Positions 33,442 through 47,200 of a stretch of 64,000 nucleotides of DNA are shown here, in pieces. This stretch comes from Zygnema circumcarinatum SAG 698-1b. Lineage: Eukaryota > Plantae > Zygnematophyceae. The DNA lies in contig CM074808.1 in the NCBI GenBank assembly GCA_037447605.1, positions 496,001 to 560,000 on the forward strand. Direction: 5' to 3'. Position 1 is the first letter of the stretch. Each line of letters starts with the position of its first letter. Position numbers and translations under genes: made by a program. The notes under the pieces were generated by a model. That model was not told where the DNA came from. It was given only the letters and a program-made list of their open reading frames with translations, and did no database searches.

Positions 33442-34949
33442 AATGGGGTGTTGTAGATCTTGGTCACTTACAGGGAAGGGGGGAAGGAGACGGGGAGGAA
33501 ACTTGCAACTATTGCTATGATTGGATTGGTTCGGCATTATCCCGCAGTTTGTGAATAATTAGGGTTAGATTTCAGGCTCATGCCTCTGTCACAGAGTTCT
33601 CCAGCGTGTCTTGAAAGAGAGGAGGGAAGAGGTGAAGTGTGTGAAGGGAGATTAGGGTTTGGAGAGTGGGCAGCGAATGTGAGGGAGGGGCTGGGAGCTC
33701 TCATGGAGAGCTATGTTGAACTGGAGCACTAGTTTTTGCTGCGAGAAGGAAGAATGTCTTGTCCCTTTCTTTTTCTCTTTTTTTTTGTAGGTCATTTAGA
33801 ACAGTTAAGCAATTGGAATTCGTCTCGATAGGCGTCAGTAGCTGACTCGGCAGCACAGCTTTCCGCATGAAGTGTTGTATGGAGCAGCCAATATTTTTGG
33901 ATGGGAGAGGAGAATAATGTACTTGTTGTCAACTCTGTAATGAATACCCCATTTTCCACATGTTGAAGTTCTATCCCTCCAACCCCTACCTCTCCCTACC
34001 TTACCCCTATCCTTACCTGTGTGTATGATTTTCCTATTTGATAACTTCTTTCGGGATCTTTCCTTGTTCTTGTTGTGATAACTTATTCTTTGTATGGGGA
34101 AGGGGAAATCTTGCATGTATCGGTGCTGGTCGGTGTGCATGCATGTCTTCTACAGCCTTAAGAGCCTGCGTGTGCAATAAGACGAGAATTTACGGCACAC
34201 TCTTTTAATTAGTGTTGGAAAGGAAGTGGAACTGGAGAGGGAGAGAGGGAGATAACAGGGCACAGGAGGTAGAGCTGAGGAGAGCAAAAAATGGGAAGAT
34301 GGTGTGCAGGGTGGAGCCGGAAAGTGAAGCGGGAAAGTGAGACGGAAGGGGTAGGGGAGGGAGGGATGGTGAGAGAGGGCCGGGGATGGGAGGAGAGGAG
34401 AGGGGAGAAACTCTGGGGAGAAGGGAAAGATGGGGAGTAGGCGAGAGAGGGAGGAGAGTGACTGGAAGACGTTAAGCAAGCCTTGGTTTTCCGTTAAGGG
34501 AATTTGATAAAGTCTGAGCGAGGTTTTGAGCGCCAACCCCGTCCCACTTTGAATCCTGACGAGACTGAACCCTGACCGGCATGGTTAACCGGACAGATGA
34601 CCAGGCACATTAGAATAGAATATTTACTGCTTTTATCTCTGGGACCCTCGAAACTAATTACAGTTTTGGAGACACAATTATTATTATTTTTTACCTCAGT
34701 TGTCACAACTCTACAGGCTCCTCCCTTCCCCTCCAAGCTCTAATGTCACCTATTCACAAGCCGCTAGCAAAAAAATGACGCCATCTCTTTTGTTGTACAA
34801 AACGCATATGCCGAAGGCAGACTTTAACAAATGGGGGTTCCATGGTTGTGTTCAACTCGTTCTGGTTCCGGTAAACGTAACTATGGACATGGAACCTAGT
34901 CGTCCCCACTCTCATCGCTGAAGTATCCACTTTTCTGTTTTGGACCCTG

Positions 34950-35056
34950 CATCCATCCATCCACCCATCCATCCACCCATCCACTCATCCATCCATCAAG
35001 CATCCATCCATCCACCCATCCATCCATCCATCCACCCATCCATCCATCCATCCATC
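34950..35056. repeat. (ATCC)n/(ACCC) tetranucleotide microsatellite
   Basis: Direct reading. Confidence 0.9.
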
Positions 35057-35285
35057 AAGCATGCATGCATCTATCATGCATGCATTACTTTTCATGTACC
35101 ACTATGCAGGCAAGGCATGTACCATCCAGGGAACGATCCAAACCCTGACCAAAAAGGCCACCTGGATGCTCTCTGAAGTCTAAATTTTCATGCCTCCTCA
35201 ATTGAGACTCATATAATGCATTCAATCGCGGAAGGACAAAAGGACAGTGGACTGATAGTAGGAGGGACAAAAACGAGGACTACAA

Positions 35286-37572
35286 TTAGTCGAAGGATTC
35301 GTCGATATAATGACCAAAATTGACCTTCAATAGGAAGCATGCAAAGGAGAATGCGAACACGGAATAAGCTAAACTGAACATGGAATGTGAATAGATAAAA
35401 CGAGGAGGATCCGGAAATTATCTGACCTTTAAAGACCGCTTTGGCTGAGCATCACTCCTGGAGTTGTTCTCGTGCCCACTTAGAGGCCTGCAAGAGAAGC
35501 AAAAACGTTAAGGTAAAAAGAAAAACGGGGGAGGAAGGGAGGGACCAAAAAACCGGGTAGAGCTATAGCGAGTTGGAGAAGATTTATGTCATTTATAGAA
35601 ATTTTGAGAAAAAACTGTATCTGAAAAAACCCTAACCGAAATTGTCTTTTGAAGCCCTCAAAAACCGCGATTCCGTACCTTGGAGCCACAACAGACGCCC
35701 AGCCATCATCTTCAAACCGCGATGCGTCTTCGTCTTCTTCTTCAACATCACTGCCACATAGAACAGTGTGGTTGCTACTGTGTGAGAGCTTGAGGGAGGG
35801 AGGGGAGAGAGAAGGGGGGAGGAAACCAAGTTCCCTACGACCGTTATAGACCTGGAAAACACTAAGCCATAAAGAAAACCTTTATTGATATCAATAATAG
35901 TAATCATTCATAGTTCATCGCAGAGCCGTTAAGCGGTACAGAGAAGATGAAGAGTGTTCGTACCTCTCTCCCTCTCCCTCTCCTCCTCCTCCCCCTCCTC
36001 CTCCCCCTCCTCCTCCCCCCCCTCTGTATCCACCATGCTCAGGAAACCCATCTTCTTGACCCTTCCGTTTGCGTTTTGAAACTGGCCGTTCCCGAGATCC
36101 CAGCTGCCCCACACATAGAACAGCAAAGTTTAAGCGCCTAATCGAACCGAAACACGTGAAATTCTTTGCAGTTTTTTGTAGAAACCCAGCGATGAGCATC
36201 GACTCCGCTCCGTCTGCCAGAAACTCACCTGATTTTTAGGACATTCATAAGAAAGATGGCCTCCTTCTCCACATTCGTAACATCGAGTCTTGTCCTTATA
36301 CTCCTGCATGACCCACAAACAATTTTTATGGGTACATACGATACTGAAATCCGTCATGTCTTTACCATACTTTCAAAAAATGACAGAAACTCGGCGAAAA
36401 TAACCCAAAAAAGAAAGCATTTTCTATACAGAATATGGGCAAGGAGTCTTCAGCAAGGAAGAGTGACTTGAAAGTATCGTGAAATGAACCCTGAACCCTA
36501 AACCCTAAAATTCAAACATGGAAGGTGATCAGTACTTACTCGTCTCTTTATGAATTCCCGGGCTCTGCCATTGTCGACTGCAATAGAAACACTTAGCGTT
36601 CTCTTGTTGAGAATTTTCCCATTCATTACCTGAACCTGCATTCGGCAGAAACCCATCTAATCGCAAACTTTCACGCACCAAAACCTTTCAAAATCTTCTG
36701 AACCCTTAACATAGATCTAAGTAGAAAATGCCTTCCCTGATCGCGGAAGCGGAGGCGGAGAGAGAATTTCCGTGTGAGAGAGTGAGAGCGGGAGAGGGAG
36801 GAGAGGAGGGCAAGAATACGCCTTAGAAACTAAAAATACAAAACACCAACACACACGTGTCTCCCGAAGGCCTAAAAACCGGAAAAAAATTATTAAACCA
36901 AACAACCCCAGGGACCCCAATCACTCGAATTAACAAAACCCTCATTTTTAGCCCTAATAACCTTCACAATGTTCAGTTCTTTAAAGATACTCATAAATTT
37001 CATAAAATATGCCAAATAATCGTAATCACCCCAATATGCCCAATAACCCTACTTTTAGCCCCAGTGAAATTCCCAATAAAACCAATAATTTCAATAACCC
37101 TAATTCAGCATTACGTGCTCCACCAGCGTACCGCCTTGAGTGCATCTTCTCTCGAAACAAAGAGCACGAATGCCACTCCTTTGCTTTCCCGAGTCGACTT
37201 ATCTTTCACCACAGTCACTCTGTTAACACCCGATATTAACCGAATTAAGTTAAGATAAGATAAGGATAAGTATAAGATAATTTCATAATTCCTCTCCCCC
37301 CCCCTTCTCCTCCTTCGAGCTCTCCCTCCCAAACGAAGGGTCCATAAAGGGAAGTATTGCCAACTTTCATTCCAGTAAAGTAAAAAATTAACCTTATTTT
37401 TGGTCCCCATCCCTCCCTGCACTCACTTGGCCACCTGCCCGCACGTGCTGAAGATGGTGTGCAGGTCGCTGTTGGTCAACGAATAGTCCAAATTGCTGAT
37501 GTAAACCGTTGATTTTGACGGAGCCAAGCCGCCGCTGCCGCCGCCCTTCTTCCCTCCCCCATGGCCCTCCAT
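35286..37572 (-). CDS. ZCRB1: U11/U12 snRNP 31-kDa protein (RRM + CCHC zinc knuckle)
   Basis: Exons 37572-37427, 37219-37132, 36635-36540, 36303-36229, 36103-35964, 35750-35679, 35487-35427 and probably 35324-35286. [75 protein letters not shown]. Last exon uncertain. Confidence 0.9.
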
Positions 37573-37719
37573 GCCATGTCCTCGCAGCAGGCCCTTCCCT
37601 CCCCTTTCAATGGCTCTGAACCCGACAAGTCCGCAAACCCTAAAATTCTAAAGCCCTTCACTGAAGCCATGGATCCGAGCGAAGGGGCAGCGCCCAGGCT
37701 GCAGCGCTGGCAATATCTC

Positions 37720-38445
37720 GATACGATACGACAGCGACACTTTTGCAATACCGATATCGAAGAGAATAACGTACCTTATCATATAGTATCGTATCGCATC
37801 GTTAAATAGCGTATCCAATCGTATCGTACGTTCTCGAAATGACCGTACGACGCTCCGGTTGGCCATACCGTACAGTAGGACCCCATCATATTTTCCACCT
37901 CAACATTTGCGTCACCAATAAATTCGGGAAAATGATGCAGCGGCCCCACTCTTTGGATATCGGCGCCCCCTTTTGGGAAAAAATGTACTTTTTTTTTTGG
38001 CTAATCATCCCCCCCCTTGGATCTTTCGGGAGGAGGATCCGACCGTGCACCGACGTACGGCGCCACGCATCGCGGCGTGGCCCGTGAGATGCGGCGAGCC
38101 TACGGAAACGTTGTCCTCACCTGACCCTTTTGGGTCAGAGGTTGCCACGTGGCAGTCTTCCATTGGACAACCCTGCTGCCGGTCCCCCATGCCGATACAG
38201 TGGACCCCCATAATATTTTCGCCATGGTTTCGGCAAATACTGGGCGAAATATTGTAATTTGCAAGTATAAGGTCCGTGTTACCAATAGGCGAGTAAAGGG
38301 GAAACTTTCATTGAACTCGCGATGGCGAGGCCATCAAATGTACATGGACAAAGGCAAAATGTGGAACCACGAAGGACTGGTCACAAAGGACCGAAACACA
38401 ATAACACGAAACTAGGAGCGGAAAACTACGCCTAGGCACAACAAC
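37720..38445. repeat. GATAC/GTAC-rich dispersed repeat family member (non-coding, TE-like)
   Basis: (GATAC)n/(GTATC)n runs. 37930-38150 is an inverted copy of 40720-41000 (shared GGGGGCGCCGATATCCAAA). Related to 49990-50560 and 56700-57280. Confidence 0.7.
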
Positions 38446-38455
38446 NNNNNNNNNN

Positions 38456-38653
38456 AAGGGCAGCCTAAAACACGAATACCAATTCCATCAGCACAAGTCT
38501 GGATACCACAAGGGAGCGAAAGGGTAGAAGGGATACCAACTGGAGACCAAGCAAAACACTTCGACAAATTTACCGTCAAACGCATAGCGGCCAATCGAGT
38601 AGTAAAATCAGTAAACGCGGCAACGACCTGGTCAGCAGGGCCAATGATGTGAG
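38456..38653 (-). mobile_element. Non-LTR retrotransposon (CRE/RLE-like) reverse transcriptase fragment
   Basis: HIIGPADQVVAAFTDFTTRLAAMRLTVNLSKCFAWSP...GIRVLGCP. The preceding VDDT(H) lies at 40296-40282, on the other side of an LTR insertion. Confidence 0.65.
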
Positions 38654-40281
38654 TGTTGGTGTGAGGGGGCAGAAGGAGAGACCTAGTGGAAGGATAAAAC
38701 AAGCTTGAGTGAAACTCCAAAACCTCTTCCACTTCTACTTAGTCCACATACCGCTTCCGCCACGATATGCCTTCTCTTCCTCCCCTCACCAGGTGCGCAC
38801 AGCGGAAAACAAAACGCGCCACCTACAAGAACACTTCTTCATCTTCTCCATGGTCTCGGCTCCTCAACTCCACGCTCCTCCAATGGTCTCCACGTGTGAT
38901 GCGACACACCGCCCATACAATGTTCGCCTCCACCCATTCATCACTCCAATCCAACACAAGGACTCACATGTGACAAATGACACAAGTATAAGGAGAAAGC
39001 CCTCGGCCCTAAAACTCCTTAACATTCATAAGTGTAATACAAGCTCTCTTAGGAAATCTACATATAACCTTATGCCCGATTCTCCTCCTCTCATGAGCAC
39101 TACCCTATCCTCTGATAGGCAGCTTACACCCCGACTGCAGTAGCTAAGCACTATATGCTTGCTTGAACTTCTCCTCTACCTCAACACGAGAGGGACACAT
39201 CTCTAACTCTTTCACTAGAGTTAACCATGATGAGAGACATTCTTTCGACCCTACGCGGCCGGACTCCTCAAGGCCTCTCCGCCTTTTCTAACCTACTCTT
39301 CCCTGCTGCAGAAAGGTTAGGCAGCATAACGTTCAGTGAGTATGGCGGAGTAAGTAGGAAGCCAAGCTTGCTCCCTCATATACCATGGCGGCCTTTGTCA
39401 CGTAGCGCCGTCATGTCCACGGCCACCCATACAGCGCCTTGCAAGGGCCTATCGTCTCAATCGTGCTCCGTAGGATCCTCATGGCTCACCGCGGATCAGC
39501 TCCTACGTCCCGTCGGGATCCAACTCCAGCCTCATCTACGTCCTGGAAGTCCCTGCTGCACCGTCACGATCTGACTCCTCACTAACTCAGCTGCATGTAG
39601 GACCCCAGCCAAGCCTATGGTAAGCCACCGACCCACAGGCCTTGGCCCTTACCGAGTCCTGACCGTGGCCTTCAAATTAGCCAGCGTCCTCCACATGAAG
39701 ACAACTGGCACGATGCAGCACCTCCTCCTCTGATTCAGCACATTACCCGACATTCTGGCCTTGGCGCCTTGTCACTTCAGATCTGCCGCGTCGGCGCCCG
39801 TCACCCGACTCCGCGCTGTGCCTCAGCACCGACCATAATACTGACTACCTCCAAAGTACATACCTAATTATGAGTCATGTCAGCTTGGAAGTGCGTGGCG
39901 ATCTGCACTCTGGCCAGCGACCAATCATGTAAACGAGTCGCGAGATCCGCCTTTCACGCCAAAGACCTCGGCGTCGAGCATTTTCGGCGTGCGTCCGTGC
40001 GATGCGGCGGCGCCGTCCATTACAGTCGCTCCAAATCAATTAATGCGCATCCAGCGCACCCCCTTTGGTACGGTCTAAGCCTAAGCCGTAAATCTACGAC
40101 CCTAGACCTTCCCTAGACCTGCCGTACATTGCCCTAGCAATTCGGGCATCCCCCATGTTTGGTCCTACACCAAACATGACCATTCATGCATGATATTGTC
40201 CCTACATCAACACATGATCTCCTGGACAACATCCATGCTAGGAACTAAGTACCAACACCTTGATGTACCTATACATCAACG
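38654..40281 (-). mobile_element. LTR-type insertion (copia-family LTR) with 5-bp TSD
   Basis: Minus-strand ends (C)GTTGA...CCAACA; GTGAG at 38649-38653 and 40282-40286. Internal segments resemble the copia LTR at 60313-61276 (AAGGAGTTTTAG..GCTTTCTC; GGCCGTG..ACAAAG..CCATGG). Confidence 0.65.
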
Positions 40282-40319
40282 GTGAGTATCGTCGACCACC
40301 CGATGGAAAAAAGGCAGCC

Positions 40320-41281
40320 TAAGCGGTATTATGTTAGAGTTCGTATACGTTACGTGCGTATCGTATGGTATTGTATGCGTACCGTGAGGATTTGATCTGC
40401 TTGACTCCTAAGGCGCCCGTCTCGTATACCGTGCGACAAATTTTTATTAGTACTTGCGTCTGGCGTAAAAGCGTGACCCATGTTTGAAATCCGTTTAGAT
40501 TAACGGATTTTGTATTGGAGAATAGGTCGAGGTTAGGTTAACACCCTAATACGTTAACATTGAGTTCTGGGTACAAAAAGTGGTTTAAATAAAATGGAGA
40601 ATTTCTTGAGGGGCCGCACTGTACAAAGGTGGAAAATATTATGGGGGTCAATATGCGGCATGGGAGGGCCGACGCTTGAGGCGTCAATGGCGGAACTGCA
40701 CCCGCGTGGCAACCTCGACCCAAAGCAGATCAGGTGAGGACAACTTTTCTACCGTAGGCTCGCGCCCGCATCGAGAACCCGCGCGCCCGGCGTGTGTGCG
40801 GCGCAAATACTTGTCGGTCACCATGATGTCCGGGGATCCTGCTCTTGTAGCGGCGCGGAGATCCGATTGTCTACCACAAAAGATCTCTCACTCGAAAGAT
40901 CAAGGGGGTGATTAGCCAAAAAAAAAAAGTACATTTTTTCCCAAAAGGGGGCGCCGATATCCAAAAAGTGGGGCCGCTGTATCATTTTCCAAAATTCGCA
41001 CCAATTTTGCCGAAACCACTTTTTTGTACGGTAACTTCGTGTTAGCGTACAATTGGTACAATTCGTACAATTCGTACTAATCTGACTAGCCGTACTAGCT
41101 GTACTAGCCGTCACGGGCTTACGCAAAACTCACCTATTCTCCCCTCTCGTGCCGCCGTCAGAGGCGCTCGCTCTTCTCCCCTTCTTCTTGGCTTCGATAC
41201 GATACGATATGGTACGAAACTCCCCGATATGGTACTATCCGTACTAGCCGTACAAGCTGTAGTACAGTGGGGGGTCCTCGT
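40320..41281. repeat. GATAC/GTAC-rich repeat family member (host of gypsy insertion)
   Basis: 41000-41250 is homologous to 49800-50000 and 56510-56720; carries an inverted copy of 37930-38150. Confidence 0.7.
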
Positions 41282-44200
41282 TGTAGCGTAACGGAGCTGC
41301 GTTCGACGGATTTGCGTCAGTTCAATTGTACTTGACGTATGCCTCTTCCGTGTCACGGATCAACGGAATCCAGGAGCTGCCAACGGAGATTGAGAGAAGG
41401 CGGCGCCATGCGTTGGCGGCCCGCGAGAACGACACACCATCCAGCAAAGGCGCACTCGCGAGAACACCGCCTGAGGCCGCCGGGAGGTATCGATAGATTG
41501 ACCTATCCGAAGGCTCCGCGTGGTCGGTCAAAGCCTACCGATTGGGCGGTTGGCCAATTAGAGGCATCGCTGCTAAGACTCAAGATCTATTGTCAGTGTT
41601 AAGTAGATGGGATGTCAGTGATGCTTCTTTGTCTTTTAGTGCTGGGCTTAGTATTTGTATTTGCTGTGTGGTTTGTTGTCTTGTTCTTCTTTCTTCTTTT
41701 CCTTCCTCTTGATTCTGACCTTGAGATGCTAGAAGTAAGAGAGAGAGAGAGAGAGAGAGAGAGTTCCATGCCATAGATAGAGAGCGAGAGAGAGAGAGAA
41801 AGAGTCTTCTTCATTAGCATTTTAGACGTCCCGATACATTGATTAGACAAAGATTTGGTGAAGACAATTTCATTGTAATGACATTCCCCAACCAACATTT
41901 GGGAGTGAGATTTCAAATACCACCTTTATCTAAGTTGTGTCTACATTTTTCCCTCGCGTCACTATGCCAAGCCCCTATCTTGCTCTGTCCTGCCTTGCAG
42001 GACTCTCAATGACCCCTGATCACTAGAAGCCTAGCGAAGAGACTAGCCGAGGAGATGACAGGGGAGGAGGGTCCCCAAGGAAGGGCTCTTTGCGCATCAA
42101 GTCCGGCCGCCGGTGGGAGCGTCTTGAGAATCCCCGTCTTCATTTGCGCGTACACTCACAGATCCCGGATCCTGGCTCTATGCTGCAGGCAGACCCACAG
42201 CACCACCCCAACCCTACGTCAGTTTCAGCACGGACACGCGAGTGGCCGTACAGCACCTGCAGCTAGCTCAGCAGTCTTTGTTTAACCCCACTTATCTTGG
42301 TATCAGAGCTGAAGGTTTTGCAGATCCACGTACCTCGATACGTGAGGCTGCCGATCCTGTGACCCGTGTCACAGCCGCCATGGATGAAGAGCTGCAGCAA
42401 GAGGGACAAGCAGATCTTCATGAGTATTCAGAGGAAGACTTGGCACCTCAAGAAGAAGAAGAACAGGCGATCGGAAATCCAAGGACGGATTCAGACTCAG
42501 AGGAAGAAGCAGTCAGAGAGAGACTGAAGATGGGCATCACCGAAGAGAACCCTTATCCCAGTCTGGCTTACCTTGAGCAGATCGAGTCGATTGAAGAGCT
42601 GCAGCGACTCCATCTAGGCAGTGATGGCCATAAACTTCGCTGGCAATATGCACGCCGGATGATCAAGCTTGCGGCTGCCGGTCTTATCCACGGCCTTGCG
42701 TGCGTGAAGAGAGAGTGCCGTTGAACCTGAGGTCCCCGCAGCATTACGAGAGCCGAACCGGGATCTCGATCCGGATAACTACTTGCACCGGGGTCCCTTG
42801 AAACGCGCCTTTGCGACACTTGCTGATCTTTCTGACGAAGCGAGGAATCATCGAGAAGACACCCTCCTCCGGCTTTCCGCGACTTACCCATCCAGAGCGG
42901 CCCGAGGCGAAGCGGCCAGGGGGCAAGAGGCGGGACGATCGCATGGACCCTCGGCTTTGAACCAACACAGAAGAAACACACGAGTGGATCACGAGTTCCC
43001 GACAAGATGGAAGAGATGATGACAAAAGCTGATAGCCTTGATTCCACGAAAAGAGAGTGAGGTGAGGATACCGCGGGCATCATCACTAGAGGCTTCACGG
43101 CAGGAAATCTGAAGAGTCTTGGTTGAGACACCTTGAGGAGAAGCGTATAGCGAACTGAAGGAGACGATGGATCAGCTTGCCCTTAGGCGGAAGGCGAGAG
43201 CGATCAAGCCCCGGAAAACTGTCGAAAGCAGCACCAGCGGATGTAAAGTCGCCACCACGACAAGGAACACATTCAAGCAAGCTTTTCGAGACAGCGTTGG
43301 ATTTGAATCCGATCGCATGCTAGACGACTTATTTCGCTGAATACTACGATGATGGCGGTTGTTTGAATTCGCTGAGCGCGCTTTGTGCGCATAGCAAATC
43401 TGATCGAACTTGCACGACTTTAAGTGCTCAGTGGTTCCGCCAAGGCCATCGTGAGATCTCCACACGGATGCGTGGTGAGACAACCCGCAGCCGGATGCCG
43501 GGCATTGTTAGGCTGTGAGCGAGGTCGGAAGGATCCCGAGAGAGAGGCAACCGACATGTCTGACCACATTACATGAGCAGCTACGAGGATCCGCGACAAG
43601 ATGCGGCTCTACCAGCGGTTCACGAAGACCACGAGAATCAGCGGTTATTCCACAGAATCCCTACGCTACATCTACTCGGAACAAGCCTTCCTTCTCCGGC
43701 GTCACTGCTCAGGACGTCCGGGCAGCCCCTATGGTGCAGCCTCTGGCTATAGCCAGCGCGACCAAGCCCCTTCCCCTTTCCCCGTACCCTCATGATCCGG
43801 CGCATCCCATTGAGCCAGCGGTGAATCCTCACATACCAGATGTTTCTCGTCCAGGATATCGGGCTCCTTATTCCGATCGCACACCCGAAGAGAGAGAAGC
43901 TGCCAGGGCCGATCTGCGCCGTCGGATGACAGAGGCAGGGGTTCCGGAGGGCGTATGTCTTGCCTGCGGCCTGAATCATAATCCGCGGCTGCGTTGCGGA
44001 CCATGGACCTGCACCTTCTGCCAGATCACGGGACATGATGCCGTGTGTGCATCGCGAGGAACTCTCAGTGAGAAGGCGAGAAGGGGAAAGAAGCTGGTGA
44101 AGGAGCTCACTGCGAGATCACCTTCATGGATATGCTCATTTTGCTCCCACACCGCAGAGCTCCGGCTCCTTTAGCAGCCTCCAACTCCTTCACCCGCTTA

Positions 44201-47200
44201 CACCATCCTGCAACGACCACCTATCCATCTGCACCCCATGGACTCCCCCTCCCTGTCAAACGTATTGGGTCTTTGAGCCGATCTTGCTGCGATCCGCCGC
44301 GCGAGGTTGCCGCGGCATTTCCAGCGGCAGCAATAGATCCCCATCGCCGAAGGATGCTCCAGCGGATGTGCAGGGTACAAGCTGCCGCCAGCGAGCTCAC
44401 TGTCGACCGAAGCGTCTCCATTCTCATCCCCACGGTATACGCGAAATGTCAACGGCGCGGTTCACCAGACGCGGCTCCTTGCGTCGCCACCCATCGAAGA
44501 GCGGTCATCCCTCCCTCCACAGGTCATCGCCAGGATCCACTGCGAGGAGAGGTGAAGATCACCGATGAAAGAGGAAGCAAACTGGCGAAGCGCGGCGAAG
44601 CGGCAACGCGGCGACGAAGATACGCGTCAATCCGCCATCTCGGAAGGCTCGTTTCTACCCCAAGCAGCCCGGCGTCGACACCCAAAATGACGGCTATCAC
44701 GATTGAGCATGGTTTATCCAACTCATGGGGAGACAAGGCTAAGATTGGCGTTACCTTGTCTGATTGATGCGGCTTGTACTGAGAGTCTTTGCCGTAGTGG
44801 TTGAAGAAAAGGCCCAGCCCGGCGGTCACGAGAGCCTGCGGCCTCCACAGTTCTGTATCTCCTCAGGGCGTCCCCTCGCGTATCCACCACATGGCTACGG
44901 CGTCTCCGCCGGACCCAGTCCGCTCCCCTCGCCATCCTCCTCGCCAGATTCAGATCCTCCCTCTCATCCCAACGCCCAACGTGCGGATCATCGTCAATGT
45001 ATGGCTCAACGGTCATCCCAGCAAAGCCATGATCGACACGGGGGCTATGCGCACAGTTCTGTCCAAGCCTGTGATGAAGGCGGCAGGGGTTAAGTTGGAC
45101 AAGACACTTGAGCCCATCCCCCGATATGTGGGAGTTGAAGGGAGCTTACATGAAGGATTGGGCAGCGCCCAAGTGGTCATCAGTCTTGGCGAGATGGGAG
45201 CCCGCGGTGAATCACCCGGTCATCGGCCCGTGAACCGCCTATTATCTGTTGGGCTCGAATTGGCTCACATCAGCGATGGGAGCACAAATAGAGCTTTACT
45301 CATGTAGTACCTTGCTCTGTGGCCCGGGGCCAATTTGCTCCTTATCATCCTGAGTCCCATGCCACCTCCGCGCCTTCCCCGAAGCGCCACGCCCGGCCTT
45401 GGTCTCCTGCAGTCACCATGTACCATTGATTGGCAGCCCCCATTCTTCTTATGGATCGGCGATTACGATCTCGCGATGTGAGACTCCCATACTGCTCCTG
45501 AGTCGGCTCTCGAAGTGCGCCCGGCGGAAGAAGCTATTCTTGCATGGGTGATACGCGACTTTTCCCCATGAGACCACGCCAGGTGATGAGTGGTTGGAAA
45601 TAGAGGCGATCGATTAAGACTCTTGATCCTCTGAACCCGTCAGCATTCTCCCGGCTTCAGCAAGTCTTTGCGCGAAATCACTAGTTTTAGCGCGGCGATT
45701 ATTTCGGCGTCAGCAGACTCGCGATTGAGCACCACATCGATGCGGGGGATGCACTCCGGTGATGACCTGGCTCACTAAAGCACTTTCAGCGCGGCTGATG
45801 TCGAGCAGCAGTTGGCGAGCGTGGGCTGCGGGATTGATGGAACACCGGAGAAGGGCCGTGGGCGGCCAGCGGATTCACGCTAACCGGATAAGCGTATTTC
45901 CGACAGTAGGGAATTTCTGAAAAGCTGAATGCAACCAGCGGTGGGGTCCTACACATTACCCAGGATGTGGACCTGATTCTCCACGGCGTCCACGATGACC
46001 GGTGGTTCTCGGCCCATGACATGCGAAATCGCCACAGCGAGATCCCCTACTTGGCCGGTGATATTTGCAAAAGCCGGGGCTTACATACAGCAGCGCTTTG
46101 TCGCGATGGGCGATTAGCCATTGAGCTCCAGAATTCCGTCCGGACTGCGGCGCACGGCCAACTGGTGTTCGGCCCGCAATGGGTGCGCCTGCTTGAGCCT
46201 TCGTGGATGATGCCGATCCACGGCAAATTTGGTCCTCAGCGCAACACATTGACCAAGTCCACAAGCTGGTACGTGATCTTGGCGTCACGAAGATTGCACC
46301 GAGAGAAGTGCAAATGGGGCGCGAGGAGATGTTCATCTCGAAGACTTACTTTCAGCGTCAAATGGCACGAAACCATCAACTTCGATAAGATTAGGCGATT
46401 GCCACCTCTGCCGATTCAGGTTTCCTATTTCATTTCGAGTCTTCTTTGGGGCTCACCTCGATACATCGCCGGTTAAATGAGGCGCCTTTATCGCGCGTCC
46501 CTACGTGCGCGGGAAGCACGGAGTCCAGCATCACGAATGGAGCGGCGAGGATTTAGCCTTCGCTCCCGAGTGCCCTCGCCGGGAGCTCCTTGCCTGCATC
46601 GATTGACCCCCGCGCTTCCGCCCGGCTATTGGCCAGAAGCAGGTCGGGCGGGGCTTTAGGCGTGTGACCAAGCATTCTCCGGATAGAACACCGATTGATT
46701 TTGCAAAGCGATGCGATTTGGCTTAGAGACAGTATAGCCCTGCGAGGGGAGAGGCGCGGCTATCCTCCCAGGCACTCGAAGTTCAAAGCTCTTCACGGCT
46801 GCAGCCCGTTATCATCAGGATACGACCACATGCCCCTCACTTGGCTGCACATCATGGCTACCCTACGACCTAAGTTTGCACGATGGGTGATGAAGTTGGA
46901 GGAGTATAATGTGCTTAAGGTCACCCACCGTCCGTGGCAATCCGCGGCAATCGCGGCGGCCTCGGTCATGATCCTTGACTCCCCTCCTCACACATCGCGA
47001 TCCGGCCCGTTCCACGAGCCGTCCACCACCCGCCCCTCGCGGAACCACGAGCATCTTCCGGTAGAGATTTTATTGCCGCTCAAGCACATGATGTCTATTG
47101 GCGGATGGGCTGACCGATATTCGACCACCGCCACCACCCTCCATCGTTGAGTACGACTTCACCACGGCCACACACCCCATCGCGGATCGGTGGGAAATCC

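Noticed and set aside
35286-37572. U12-type introns suggested by the presence of ZCRB1
   Set aside because: None of the introns I reconstructed has an RTATCCTT donor or AT-AC ends.
44126-45000. Programmed frameshift or extra ORF between gag and protease of element a
   Set aside because: Indel noise in this copy is too high to tell real recoding signals from errors.
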